A stretch of DNA of 64,000 bases from contig CBINDC010000006.1 of assembly GCA_966249325.1 (NCBI GenBank), forward strand, positions 107,165-171,164, in the 5' to 3' direction. The translations under genes and the position numbers were made by a program. The notes beneath the pieces are model-generated. The model was not told the DNA's origin. It searched no databases and was given only the letters and a program-made list of their open reading frames with translations. This document shows positions 20,188 through 29,435 of this stretch, one piece after another (the stretch's first letter is position 1; every line of letters begins with the position of its first letter). The stretch comes from an uncultured Nibricoccus sp. (GTDB lineage Bacteria > Verrucomicrobiota > Verrucomicrobiia > Opitutales > Opitutaceae).

Positions 20188-20252
20188 AAACTTGCCGGCG
20201 GCGGATTTCGTGTGTGAGGTTGAGCGCGCCGGGCAGGCCGGCGAAATTATCC

Positions 20253-20951
20253 ATGAGCCTTTTACCCCGTGTGTTGGTGGTTGATGACGATGCGGCGATC
20301 CGCGCGAGCGTGGTGCGCTGTTTGCAGGGAGAAGGGTATCGCGTGCTGGAGGCGGTGGATGGCGCGCAAGGGGTGGAGGTGACGCTGAAGGAGAAGCCGG
20401 CGCTGATCGTGATCGATGTGATGATGCCGAGACTCGGCGGCGTGGAAGCGGTGGAGGAAATGCGGCGGCTGGGGGTGGCGTCGCCGGTGCTGATGTTGAC
20501 GACGCGGAACGAGACGCCGGAGCGGGTGAAGGGATTGAAGGCAGGGGCGGACGATTATCTGGGGAAGCCTTTCGACAAGGAAGAGCTGCTGGCGCGGGTG
20601 CATGCGCTGTTGCGGAAGCATGAGCGGCAAGCGCCGGCGGGACGGGTGTTAAGATTTAATGAACTCGTCGTGGATCTGGACCAGAAAGCGGCGCGAAAAA
20701 ACGGGGAAGACGTGGCGCTGACGCGGACGGAGTATGCGTTGCTGGAGTTGTTCGCGGCGCATCTGGGGGCGGCGGTGACGCGGGATCAGATGCTGGATGC
20801 GGTGTGGGGGTACACGTATTATCCGTCGACGCGGACCGTGGACACGCACATCTGGCGTTTACGGAAAAAACTCGGGGACAATGCGGAGAATCCGCGGTGG
20901 TTGAAGCGGGTGCAGGGGCAGGGGTATGTTTTGACCTGCGCAACCGGTTGA
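20253..20951 (+). CDS. OmpR/PhoB-family response regulator (REC + winged-helix DNA-binding domain)
   Basis: VLVVDDD, IVIDVMMP, KPF, and the C-terminal trans_reg_C region (LTRTEYALLELF ... VDTHIWRLRKKL). Confidence 0.9.
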   Translation: MSLLPRVLVVDDDAAIRASVVRCLQGEGYRVLEAVDGAQGVEVTLKEKPALIVIDVMMPRLGGVEAVEEMRRLGVASPVLMLTTRNETPERVKGLKAGADDYLGKPFDKEELLARVHALLRKHERQAPAGRVLRFNELVVDLDQKAARKNGEDVALTRTEYALLELFAAHLGAAVTRDQMLDAVWGYTYYPSTRTVDTHIWRLRKKLGDNAENPRWLKRVQGQGYVLTCATG

Positions 20952-20964
20952 GAATCCATGGCGT

Positions 20965-22935
20965 GTGCCGATGGAGCGTGTGACTTCATCCGCCTTGGCC
21001 ACCACACTGACAGATCCTCCGCTATTAACGACCCCCGACATGGCATCGCGCGACACCGCAGTGGCCGGCCCGACGACTGGCGAATGGATGATTGCGGGGT
21101 TGCTCGCGGGAAATCTCGCTTGGACAACGCTTTGTCTTGGGGGCGTGCGCGCGGAGACGATGGTGTTGAGCTGGGCGCTGACGGGGATCGCGCTGGCGTT
21201 GCAACTGGCGCTGACGGCGTGGACGGGCGGGCGATCGCATGCGGCGGGTTTCTGGCTGTTGCCGTTTCTCGGATACGCGGCGGTGAGTGTGCTGTGGATC
21301 ACGCCGGTGCCGTGGATCGGGAAACGCGAGTGGCTGGGGTGGGCGCAACTGGTGGCGACTTTTTGGATTTCGTTGAATGGGCTAAGGCGTCCGGGGCCGC
21401 GATTGGTGGTGGTCGGGACGGCGCTGGGGCTGGCGGTTTTCGCGGTAGTGCTCGCGACGTACCAGCGGTTCATCGCGCCGGAGTGGCTGATGATGGAGCG
21501 CACGCAGGTGGCGCAGTACATCGGGCGGACGAGCGGGAGTTTTGGGAATCCGAATAACTTTGCGGCGCTGCTGGCGCTGGCGATTCCGCCGGTGCTTTCG
21601 CTGGCGTGGCAGCGGGGGGCGACGGCGTTTCAGCGGGTGCTGTTTGGTTATCTCGCGCTGGTGTTGTTACTGGGGATCGGGCTGACGATCAGCCGGGGCG
21701 GGTGGCTGGCGCTGGCGTTGGCGCTGGCGTGCTGGCCGTTATTCGCGCGGAGCCAGGCATGGGCGTCGCGTATCTTGCTTTCGGCGACAGCGCTGGGCGC
21801 GGTGATCATGGCGGGGGCGGCGCTTTATTCGACGGTGCCGCTGGTGAAGACGCGGCTGGATAATCTGGCCAGGGACCGCGGGGAATGGTCGCGGCCGATC
21901 TTGTGGGAGGCGTCGACGCAGTTGTTTACGAGCGCGCCGGTGGTGGGTACGGGGGCGGGGAGTTTCAACACGCTGTTCGAGCGGCACCGGCCGGAGCGGT
22001 TCAACGACGAGCCGCAGTGGGCGCATAACGAGTATTTGAATACGCTGAGCGACTACGGGCTGGCGGGTTTTGTTTTGTTTTTCGGAGCGATCGCGGGCGT
22101 CGCGTGGAAGGTGGCGGCGAGAGCGGCGCGGGCTCCGGTTTTCGGAGAGGTGAACGCGGGGTGGCGCGCGCCGGGGGTGACGCACGCGATGAGCGTGGGG
22201 TTGCTGGCGTTTGCGGCGGCGAGTTTCGTGGATTTTCACCTGAAGATCCCGGCGCTGTGCATGATGGTGGCGCTGGTGGCGGCGGAAGTGGTGCGGCGGC
22301 ACTGGCCGGCGGAGGAGGCGGGCGAGCCGGAGCCGTTGCGGCAGCTCGGGGGGATCGTGGCGGCGGTGGCTGTGGTGATATTGATGCTGGCGGTGGCGTT
22401 GCCGACCTATCAGGCGGAGGCGTCGCGATATGCGGGCAGGCAGAAGATCGATGTGCTGGCGTTGAACCCGAATCCGACGCTGAACCAACAAAAGGAGGCA
22501 CTGATGCAGGCGCGGTCGCTGTTGGGCGAGGCGCTGGCTTTCGATGACTCGAATGCGCAAGCGTGGGCGGACTCGGCGTATGTCTCGGCCTTGTGGTCAC
22601 ACCTGGCGGTTCAGAGCAGAAATGAGCTTGGAAAAGAGGCGGAGATAGCAGCGCGGCAGGCACTTGCCCGTTCGGATTTGGTGCCGGAGTTTTGGATCAG
22701 GCTGGGGGTGGCGCTGGACCTGCAAGGACGGTGGACGGAGGGCAGCGAAGCGTTTTTGAAGGCCCTGACTTTGGCTCCTGCAAACTCGCTGGCGTGGTAC
22801 CACCAGGGGTATCACCTCAGTCTAAATCCTAGGGCAAAAAAGCTGGCGGAAGCGGCGGTGGCGACCTGCTTGCGCCTTGACCCCTCCTACCTTGCCGCCA
22901 GATCTTTGCAGCAACGCTTAAGTTCGCTTCCTTAG
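20965..22935 (+). CDS. O-antigen ligase (Wzy_C/WaaL-like) polytopic membrane protein with C-terminal TPR-like extension
   Basis: About 10 TM segments, the ISRGGWLALALA motif typical of O-antigen ligase/polymerase, and a C-terminal ~170 aa with TPR-like repeats. Confidence 0.7.
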   Translation: MPMERVTSSALATTLTDPPLLTTPDMASRDTAVAGPTTGEWMIAGLLAGNLAWTTLCLGGVRAETMVLSWALTGIALALQLALTAWTGGRSHAAGFWLLPFLGYAAVSVLWITPVPWIGKREWLGWAQLVATFWISLNGLRRPGPRLVVVGTALGLAVFAVVLATYQRFIAPEWLMMERTQVAQYIGRTSGSFGNPNNFAALLALAIPPVLSLAWQRGATAFQRVLFGYLALVLLLGIGLTISRGGWLALALALACWPLFARSQAWASRILLSATALGAVIMAGAALYSTVPLVKTRLDNLARDRGEWSRPILWEASTQLFTSAPVVGTGAGSFNTLFERHRPERFNDEPQWAHNEYLNTLSDYGLAGFVLFFGAIAGVAWKVAARAARAPVFGEVNAGWRAPGVTHAMSVGLLAFAAASFVDFHLKIPALCMMVALVAAEVVRRHWPAEEAGEPEPLRQLGGIVAAVAVVILMLAVALPTYQAEASRYAGRQKIDVLALNPNPTLNQQKEALMQARSLLGEALAFDDSNAQAWADSAYVSALWSHLAVQSRNELGKEAEIAARQALARSDLVPEFWIRLGVALDLQGRWTEGSEAFLKALTLAPANSLAWYHQGYHLSLNPRAKKLAEAAVATCLRLDPSYLAARSLQQRLSSLP

Positions 22936-22962
22936 TGTCGTTTCGGTCTTACGCCCAATTTT

Positions 22963-23910
22963 GTGATGCCTCGTTTTTTCATCCGCTGGTTTTTTGCCGC
23001 CACGCTGCTGTTTGTCGCAGCGGGTGTTGCGAGCGCGCAGACACCGGCGGCGAGTCAGCCGGCCGAGCAGCCGGGCGGTCGTATCCTTGTGGCTCGCGTG
23101 ACGGGTGAAGCGTCGGTGGTGAATCCTAGCGACGGTTTGAAATTTCCGGTGCGCAACGGCTCGTTGCTGACTGAGGGGCAGGTGATCACGACGGGGCCGG
23201 GCGCGAGTGTGCTTTTTGTTTTGTCCAACGGAGCGACGGTTTCGCTCGGTGCGGATTCGGTTCTGGCGCTGGAGCAATTCACGCAGCAGCCCTTCGGCGA
23301 GTCGTATAAAATGAACGCGATGACCGCCGAGCCTTCGACCTCGACGACGCGGCTGAACCTGATGAAGGGCGAGTTGATCTCGGATGTGAAGAAGCTCAAC
23401 AAAACGGGCGGTTCGAGTTTTCAAATCAAGACGCCGGTGGGAGCGGCCGGTATTCGCGGCACGGCGTTCCGGCTCGCGTTCAAGCCTGAGGGCGAGCGCG
23501 CGGCGTTTGCGCTCGTGATGCTCGAGGGCGTGATCGAACAGACTTTTGGTAACCGCGGACGTCCGGTGGTTGTGCCGCAGGGCAAGCAGGTGGTTGTCAC
23601 CGGAATCGAATACAACAGCCGCACAGGCGAAGTCGGTGCGATTCCGCCGGTGGGCGAACCGACCGATGTACCGGCGTCGGTGCAGGCTTCTTTGTTTCAA
23701 CTCGTGCAGCAGATGCTGGCGACGGTGGGCTCGATGACAATTTCGGCGACGTCGATCCAAGGTAACGGCGGCTCGTCCGCTGCGGGCGGTGGCTCGACGA
23801 CAGAAGCGTCGGCGCAAAGCTCCGAACCAGTTTCCCCGATTTCTCCGTCGCCCGGTCCGCAGCTACCGCCGGCGCGCACGTCGCCGACGGATGGTCAGCC
23901 GCGCGGTTGA
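22963..23910 (+). CDS. secreted FecR-domain protein
   Basis: Signal peptide. VxxGxxVxxGxGAS ... G-x-I-R-G-T-x-F FecR-like beta-sandwich motifs. Low-complexity Ser/Gly/Pro tail. Confidence 0.6.
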   Translation: MMPRFFIRWFFAATLLFVAAGVASAQTPAASQPAEQPGGRILVARVTGEASVVNPSDGLKFPVRNGSLLTEGQVITTGPGASVLFVLSNGATVSLGADSVLALEQFTQQPFGESYKMNAMTAEPSTSTTRLNLMKGELISDVKKLNKTGGSSFQIKTPVGAAGIRGTAFRLAFKPEGERAAFALVMLEGVIEQTFGNRGRPVVVPQGKQVVVTGIEYNSRTGEVGAIPPVGEPTDVPASVQASLFQLVQQMLATVGSMTISATSIQGNGGSSAAGGGSTTEASAQSSEPVSPISPSPGPQLPPARTSPTDGQPRG

Positions 23911-24004
23911 TAGTTGTGGGAGCGGCTCCGCTGTTTGAAGCGGGATTGATCCAGGATAAAACTACGGACTGGCGCAGTGGCTGCGCGGTACCTAGTCGTT
24001 TCCC

Positions 24005-26245
24005 GTGCCCCGGCCCAAGTCGCTCAAATCCCTTCGCTGGCTAGCGTTGCTGCCGATCCCGGCGTTGTGGTGCGCGGCGCATTTTTTTGGGTGGATCGGC
24101 TTTCTTGAACAACGCTCACTCGACTGGCGGTTTCGTTACCGTGGCGAGCTCGATGCTCCGGTGAAGGTGGCGTATGTGGACGTGGATTCGAAATCGATCA
24201 CGGACATCGGAAACCTGCCGTGGGACCGGGCGTTGTATGCGGATGTGTGCACGGCGTTGCTGACGGCCGGCAAGGCGAAGGCCGTAGGAATTGATTTCGT
24301 TTTTTCGCAGCGAGGGATTCCTGAGCTGGTGGATGCGGGACGTTTCGCGGAGGGGTCGACGCGGTTGTTTGCGCTGCTTGATTCTTTTCCGCCCGCGCCG
24401 GTCGTCGTGGCGGCGGCTTATGCGGCGGCGGAAGATCGCGACATCAATGGGCAGTTGATCGTGCGGGAACTTCCGGAGGCGGGAACGGCGCCGGAAACAG
24501 TCGAGGCGCCGGAGCGGCCGGAGTTTCGGCTGGCGAATAATCTGATCCGGCATCCGCCGTTGATGGGATTGATCGACACGATCGACGGGGGGACGCGCCG
24601 GGTGCCGCTTTTCGCGCAAACGAAGGACGGGGTGTTTCAGCACATGGGCGTGGAGCTGGCGCGGCTTTACTGGGGGCTGTCGCGTCAGGGCGTGAAGATC
24701 GAGGACAGCCGTGTGGTGTTTACGGGAAACGACGGGCAGTCGCTGGCCTCGGTGCCGTTGATCGATGGGCGCGATGTGGAGGTGAATTGGTTTTCGAAGT
24801 GGGATTCGCCGGAGCGGAACGCGCGGGCGAGTTTTGTGCATGTGTGGGCTGCGGGGCAGATGTTGCGCTCGGAAAACGCGGAGGAACGGGAGGCGGCGCG
24901 GGAGTTTTTTGCGCGGTTTAACGGTGCGGTGGTGTTGATCGGGCCGGTCGATCCGCTGTTGCAGGATATCGCGCCGACGCCGCTCGATCCGAATCCGGTG
25001 CCGCGCGTGGGCATTCACGGGAATCTGGTGAAGACCATCGTATCGGGAAAATACCTTCAGCGGCCGGGCGGGGTGATCGTGGCGGTAATTGTGCTGATGC
25101 TAACGGCGGCGGTGTGCGCGTTGGTGCTGGGGTCGGGCCGTTGGGGGATCTGGCGCAAGACGGGGGCGGTGGTGTTGCTCGCGGGTTATGTTGCGGTGGC
25201 GTTTGTGGTGTTTGCGAAGACGCACTGGGTCCTGCCACTGGTAGCACCGGTGGGGGCGGCGTTTACGACGAGTTTTGCGGCGTTGATCTGGCAGTTGATC
25301 GTGGAGGAAAAGCAGCGCGGACGGATCAAGGGGATGTTCGGGACTTATGTGTCGCCGGAGCTGGTGAACCGGATGGTGGAGTCGGGCGAGGAGCCGAAGC
25401 TCGGTGGTGTCGAAGCGCGGATCACGGCGTATTTTTCGGACATCGAGGGCTTCTCAAGTTTCTCGGAGAAGCTGCCGCCAGATCAGCTGGTGGAGTTGAT
25501 GAACGAGTATCTCACGGCATGTACGGACATCGTGACGGCGCAGGGAGGTACGTTGGATAAATATATCGGGGACGCGGTGGTGGCGATGTTCGGGGCGCCG
25601 GTGGAGTTTGCGGATCACGCGTATCGCGCGTGTGTGGCGTCGCAGTTGGTGCAGCAGCGATTGGATGAGCTGCGGAAGAAGTGGATGTCGGCGGGATCGA
25701 AGTGGCCGGCGACGGTGGGGCATATGCACACGCGCATCGGGTTGAACAGCGGAGCGGCGGTCGTGGGCAACATGGGGTCGCTGACGCGTTTCAATTATAC
25801 GATGATGGGGGACACGGTGAACCTGGCGTCGCGATTGGAGGCGGCGGCGCGTAGTTATGGCGCGGGCACGCTGGTCACGGAGGCGACGAAGACGGCGGCG
25901 GAGCTGGCGGGGGACCGGTGCTTGTTTCGGTTTCTCGACCGGATCGTGGTGAAGGGGCGTTCGGAGCCGGTGGGGATTTTCGAGATTCTTGGGCTGAAGG
26001 AATCGGTTTCGGCGGAGACGCGGGAGTGCGCGAAGATTTTTGCAGAGGGGATGGAGAAGTATCTGCGGCAGGAGTGGGACGCAGCGCTGGCGGCGTTTGA
26101 GCGGTCGGCGAAACTGGAGCCGCGTCAGCCGGATGAATACACGCCCGTGAATCCGTCGTTGTTGTTTATCGAGCGGTGCGGGGTGATGAAGGTTTCGCCG
26201 CCGGCGAAGGAGTGGGATGGGGTGTTTGTGATGACGACGAAGTAG
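24005..26245 (+). CDS. CHASE2-domain membrane adenylate/guanylate cyclase
   Basis: N-terminal periplasmic CHASE2-like region, three TM helices, and a class III cyclase domain (FSDIEGFSS, LDKYIGDAVVAMFGAP, TRIGLNSG, YTMMGDTVNLASRLE). Confidence 0.85.
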   Translation: MPRPKSLKSLRWLALLPIPALWCAAHFFGWIGFLEQRSLDWRFRYRGELDAPVKVAYVDVDSKSITDIGNLPWDRALYADVCTALLTAGKAKAVGIDFVFSQRGIPELVDAGRFAEGSTRLFALLDSFPPAPVVVAAAYAAAEDRDINGQLIVRELPEAGTAPETVEAPERPEFRLANNLIRHPPLMGLIDTIDGGTRRVPLFAQTKDGVFQHMGVELARLYWGLSRQGVKIEDSRVVFTGNDGQSLASVPLIDGRDVEVNWFSKWDSPERNARASFVHVWAAGQMLRSENAEEREAAREFFARFNGAVVLIGPVDPLLQDIAPTPLDPNPVPRVGIHGNLVKTIVSGKYLQRPGGVIVAVIVLMLTAAVCALVLGSGRWGIWRKTGAVVLLAGYVAVAFVVFAKTHWVLPLVAPVGAAFTTSFAALIWQLIVEEKQRGRIKGMFGTYVSPELVNRMVESGEEPKLGGVEARITAYFSDIEGFSSFSEKLPPDQLVELMNEYLTACTDIVTAQGGTLDKYIGDAVVAMFGAPVEFADHAYRACVASQLVQQRLDELRKKWMSAGSKWPATVGHMHTRIGLNSGAAVVGNMGSLTRFNYTMMGDTVNLASRLEAAARSYGAGTLVTEATKTAAELAGDRCLFRFLDRIVVKGRSEPVGIFEILGLKESVSAETRECAKIFAEGMEKYLRQEWDAALAAFERSAKLEPRQPDEYTPVNPSLLFIERCGVMKVSPPAKEWDGVFVMTTK

Positions 26246-26310
26246 TCGGAGAAGATCGCGGAAACGCGGAAGGGCTGAAGCGCGGAGTCGAGAAGTGTTA
26301 AGGGGGAAAA

Positions 26311-26342
26311 GAAAAAGCCCGGGCGGTGAGGCCCGGGCTTTG
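26311..26342. terminator. bidirectional rho-independent terminator between the cyclase (+) and ilvB (-)
   Basis: aaaaa-gcccgggcggtgaggcccgggc-ttt. Confidence 0.55.
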
Positions 26343-26369
26343 AGAGTGGTGGCGCGTTTTTTAGGCGGC

Positions 26370-28157
26370 TTACTTGAGGATCATTTCCTTCACCGTCTTG
26401 CCGGCGGGGATCATCGGGAGCACGTGCTCGGTGTAGGGCACGATGACGTCGAGGAGGTACGGGCCCTTGTGGTCGAGCATTTCCTGGATGGCTTCTTTGA
26501 GTTCGCTCTTCTTGTGAACGCGGCGGGCTTTAACGCCGAAGCCTTGGGCGATGGTGATGTAATCGGGATAGATGCCGCCGAGGTTGTCGGGGCCGCCGAT
26601 GTTCTTCTGGTCACCGAGAATGGTGTTGCCGCGGACGCTGCCGTAGAAGCGGTCTTCCCACTGAACGACCATGCCGAGGTGCTGGTTATTCAAGATCATC
26701 GCCTTGGCGGCGATCTTCTCGATGTGGCAGGTGGCGAGTTCCTGAACGTTCATCAGGAAGGAGCCGTCGCCGTCGATGTCGATGACTTGCTTGTCAGGGC
26801 AGGCGACTGCGGCGCCCATGGCGGCGGGATAGCCGTAGCCCATCGCGCCGAGACCGAGCGAGCTGATGTAGCGGCGGGGTTCGTCAAAGCGGTAGAATTG
26901 CGCGGCCCACATCTGGTGCTGGCCGACGCCCGTGGTGATGATGGCGTCGCCCTTGGTGAGTTCGTAGAGGGCGGCGACCGCTTCCTGCGGGAGGATGTGC
27001 GGGCTGTTGCCGAAACCGGCTTTGGAGTCGAACGGGTGTTCGGCTTTCCAGGTGGCGATCTGCTGGTGCCAGGCGGCGTTGTCGGGCGGCGTGAATTTGT
27101 GCGCGGCGATGAGCTCGTTGAGGCGGCTGAGCGCGAATTTCACGTCGGACGTGACCGGGATAACGCCGCGTTTGTTTTTGTTGTGCTCGGCGGCGTCGAT
27201 GTCGAGGTGGACGATCTTCGCGCCGGTGGCGAACTTGTCGACGGCACCGGTGATGCGGTCGTCGAAGCGCGCGCCGAAGCAGAGGAGCAAGTCGGATTGG
27301 TCGACGGCCCAGTTGCCATAGGCGGCGCCGTGCATGCCGAACCACTGCATGGAGAGTTTATGCGTCTCAGGGAATGCGCCGACGCCCATCAGCGTGGTGG
27401 CGACGTTGATGTTGGTCTTTTCGGCGAACGTTTTGAGCTCTTTGTGTGCTTCGGCCGAAATGAGGCCGCCGCCGACGTAGAGGACAGGGCGTTTGGCTTC
27501 GGAGATGAGCGAGAGGATTTGTTTCAGCTGCTCGTCGGTCGCTTGGGGGATGTGGCTGACGAGCGGGTTGCGGAACTCGACGGTTGCCGGGTAGACGGGC
27601 GTGAATTTCGCCTGCTGGATGTCCTTCGGAATATCGATGATGACCGGGCCGGGGCGACCGGTGCGCGCGAGGTGGAAGGCCTCTTTGAAGATGCGCGGGA
27701 TGTCGTGAACGTTCATCACGAGGTAGGAGTGCTTCACGATCGGCAGGGTCATGCCGAAGAAGTCGGTCTCCTGAAACGCGCTCTTGCCGATGAACTTGGT
27801 GAAAACTTGTCCGGTGATCGCGACCATGGGCGTGGAGTCCATGAAAGCGTCGGCGATGGCGGAGATGAGGTTCGTCGCGCCGGGGCCGGAGGTGGCCATG
27901 CACACGCCGACGCGACCGGTGGCGCGGGCGTAACCTTCAGCGGCGAAGGCGCCGCCTTGTTCGTGGCGGGGGAGGATGGTGCGGATCTTGTCGGTGCGGG
28001 CGAGGGACTGGTGGAGTTCCTGCGAGGCACCGCCGGGGTAGGCGAAGATGGCATCGACACCTTCGCGGATGAGACATTCGACGACGCAGTCGGAACCTTT
28101 CATTTCTTTGCCGATTTCGGCTTGGGGAAACGAGGAGGGCGAGGTGGAGGATTTCAT
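26370..28157 (-). CDS. ilvB: acetolactate synthase (acetohydroxy-acid synthase) large subunit, TPP-dependent
   Basis: AHAS motifs along the full length ([20 protein letters not shown], the GDG...N TPP motif [14 protein letters not shown]). Start chosen at MKSSTSP; the in-frame upstream extension is not conserved. Confidence 0.9.
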   Translation of the reverse strand: MKSSTSPSSFPQAEIGKEMKGSDCVVECLIREGVDAIFAYPGGASQELHQSLARTDKIRTILPRHEQGGAFAAEGYARATGRVGVCMATSGPGATNLISAIADAFMDSTPMVAITGQVFTKFIGKSAFQETDFFGMTLPIVKHSYLVMNVHDIPRIFKEAFHLARTGRPGPVIIDIPKDIQQAKFTPVYPATVEFRNPLVSHIPQATDEQLKQILSLISEAKRPVLYVGGGLISAEAHKELKTFAEKTNINVATTLMGVGAFPETHKLSMQWFGMHGAAYGNWAVDQSDLLLCFGARFDDRITGAVDKFATGAKIVHLDIDAAEHNKNKRGVIPVTSDVKFALSRLNELIAAHKFTPPDNAAWHQQIATWKAEHPFDSKAGFGNSPHILPQEAVAALYELTKGDAIITTGVGQHQMWAAQFYRFDEPRRYISSLGLGAMGYGYPAAMGAAVACPDKQVIDIDGDGSFLMNVQELATCHIEKIAAKAMILNNQHLGMVVQWEDRFYGSVRGNTILGDQKNIGGPDNLGGIYPDYITIAQGFGVKARRVHKKSELKEAIQEMLDHKGPYLLDVIVPYTEHVLPMIPAGKTVKEMILK

Positions 28158-28229
28158 AGGCGCGGAGGTTGGAAAAAGGAGTTGAGACGATGCAATCGCG
28201 GTGCCCGGTCGCAAGCGCGTAATGCGGAC

Positions 28230-28406
28230 GTCGGGCGAACATCCAACGCCTAACATCGAACGTCCAACATCCAATGGCGGAGATCGGAAGTCGGGCGAAG
28301 CGGAGAACGTTCAACGTTTAACTCTTAACGCTTAACGCTCAATGGACGCATAAAGAGGGCGGCGGTGGTTGGGTAATTGGGCGTTCGATGTTGGATGTTG
28401 AGCGTT
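28230..28406. repeat. array of 9-bp AACRYYSAA boxes: at least 6 direct copies within two ~50-bp imperfect tandem units, then 3 overlapping inverted copies, in the ilvB/ymdB divergent intergenic region
   Basis: Direct AACATCCAA, AACATCGAA, AACGTTCAA, AACGCTCAA (28238-28343). Both tandem units begin gtcgggcgaa (28230, 28290). Inverted ttcgatgtt-ttggatgtt-ttgagcgtt at 28384-28406. Confidence 0.6.
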
Positions 28407-28441
28407 GTGCCGCGTCTGGTGCGGCACTTGGCTCTGCGGCT

Positions 28442-29251
28442 ATGTTGAAGCTTCTTTTTATTGGTGACGTGGTTGGACGACCGGGGCGGGACATTATCGC
28501 GTCGCGGTTGCCGCAATATCGCGCCCAGCACGGGATCGATTTTGTCGTTGCCAATGCGGAGAATGCCGCAGCCGGGGCGGGGATCACCGGTGCGATTGCC
28601 AAGACACTGCTGTCATCAGGTGTGGATGCGATCACGCTGGGCGATCACGTGTGGGACCAGAAGGGGTGGGAGGATGAGATCAATGGTTTCGAGCGCGTGT
28701 GCAGGCCGGCGAATCTGCCGGAGTCGAATCCGGGGAAAACGCATGTGATTTTGCAGGCGAAGGGGTTTCGACTAGCGGTGTTCACGGTGTTGGGGCGGCA
28801 GTATCTGAATATTAAAGCGGACTGCCCGTTTCTCGCGGCGGACCGGATGCTGAAGGAAATCGGCGACAAGGCGAACGGGGCGTTTGTGGAGATTCACGCC
28901 GAGGCGACTTCGGAGAAGCAGGCGATGGGCTGGCATCTGGACGGGCGCGCGATCGCGGTGCTCGGGACGCACACGCATGTGCCGACGGCGGATGCGAGCG
29001 TGCTGCCGAATGGGACGGCGTTCATGTGCGATGTGGGGATGACCGGGCCGTATGCGTCGGTGCTGGGGCGCGAGGTGAAGCCGGTGGTGGAGAAATTCAT
29101 CACGGGGATGCCGCGGCGGTTTGAAGTCGCGGAGCAGGATGTGCGGCTGTCGGCGGCGTTGGTGACGTTTGATCCGAAGGAGAAGCGCGCGACGAAATGT
29201 GAGTTGATCACGCTGAAGTCGAATGCGAGCGGGCCGCGGGTGACGTTGTGA
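28442..29251 (+). CDS. ymdB: YmdB-like metallophosphoesterase (TIGR00282 family)
   Basis: MLKLLFIGDVVG, DFVVANAENAAAGAG, GDHVWD and GTHTHV metallophosphoesterase motifs. Confidence 0.75.
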   Translation: MLKLLFIGDVVGRPGRDIIASRLPQYRAQHGIDFVVANAENAAAGAGITGAIAKTLLSSGVDAITLGDHVWDQKGWEDEINGFERVCRPANLPESNPGKTHVILQAKGFRLAVFTVLGRQYLNIKADCPFLAADRMLKEIGDKANGAFVEIHAEATSEKQAMGWHLDGRAIAVLGTHTHVPTADASVLPNGTAFMCDVGMTGPYASVLGREVKPVVEKFITGMPRRFEVAEQDVRLSAALVTFDPKEKRATKCELITLKSNASGPRVTL

Positions 29252-29396
29252 GCGACACGGGCGGTTTATTTTTCAACCACGGATGGCACTGAGGGCACGG
29301 ATGGGAGGACGAGGGGCGTGTGCCTGCGGTGGGGGAATGGGTGTAGCGCGGGCGAAGTCCAACCGGCGGGTTAAGGCTAACCCGACCTACCTCGGA

Positions 29397-29425
29397 AATA
29401 AAAAAGCGGGGTGAGGGCACCCCGC
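29397..29425 (-). terminator. rho-independent terminator for accA (minus strand)
   Basis: Hairpin gcggggtgagggcaccccgc with A-run on the plus strand (T-run on the minus strand). Confidence 0.5.
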
Positions 29426-29435
29426 CTACATCTGC

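Noticed and set aside
28157-28274. In-frame N-terminal extension of ilvB ([18 protein letters not shown]...) that would place the start at 28274 inside the 9-mer box array
   Set aside because: The extension is not conserved in acetolactate synthases. The conserved N-terminal region begins near [17 protein letters not shown], so the start at 28157 (or 28103) is preferred. I also tested whether the repeats could encode a Val/Leu-rich attenuator leader peptide; no Val/Leu/Ile-rich leader is encoded there.
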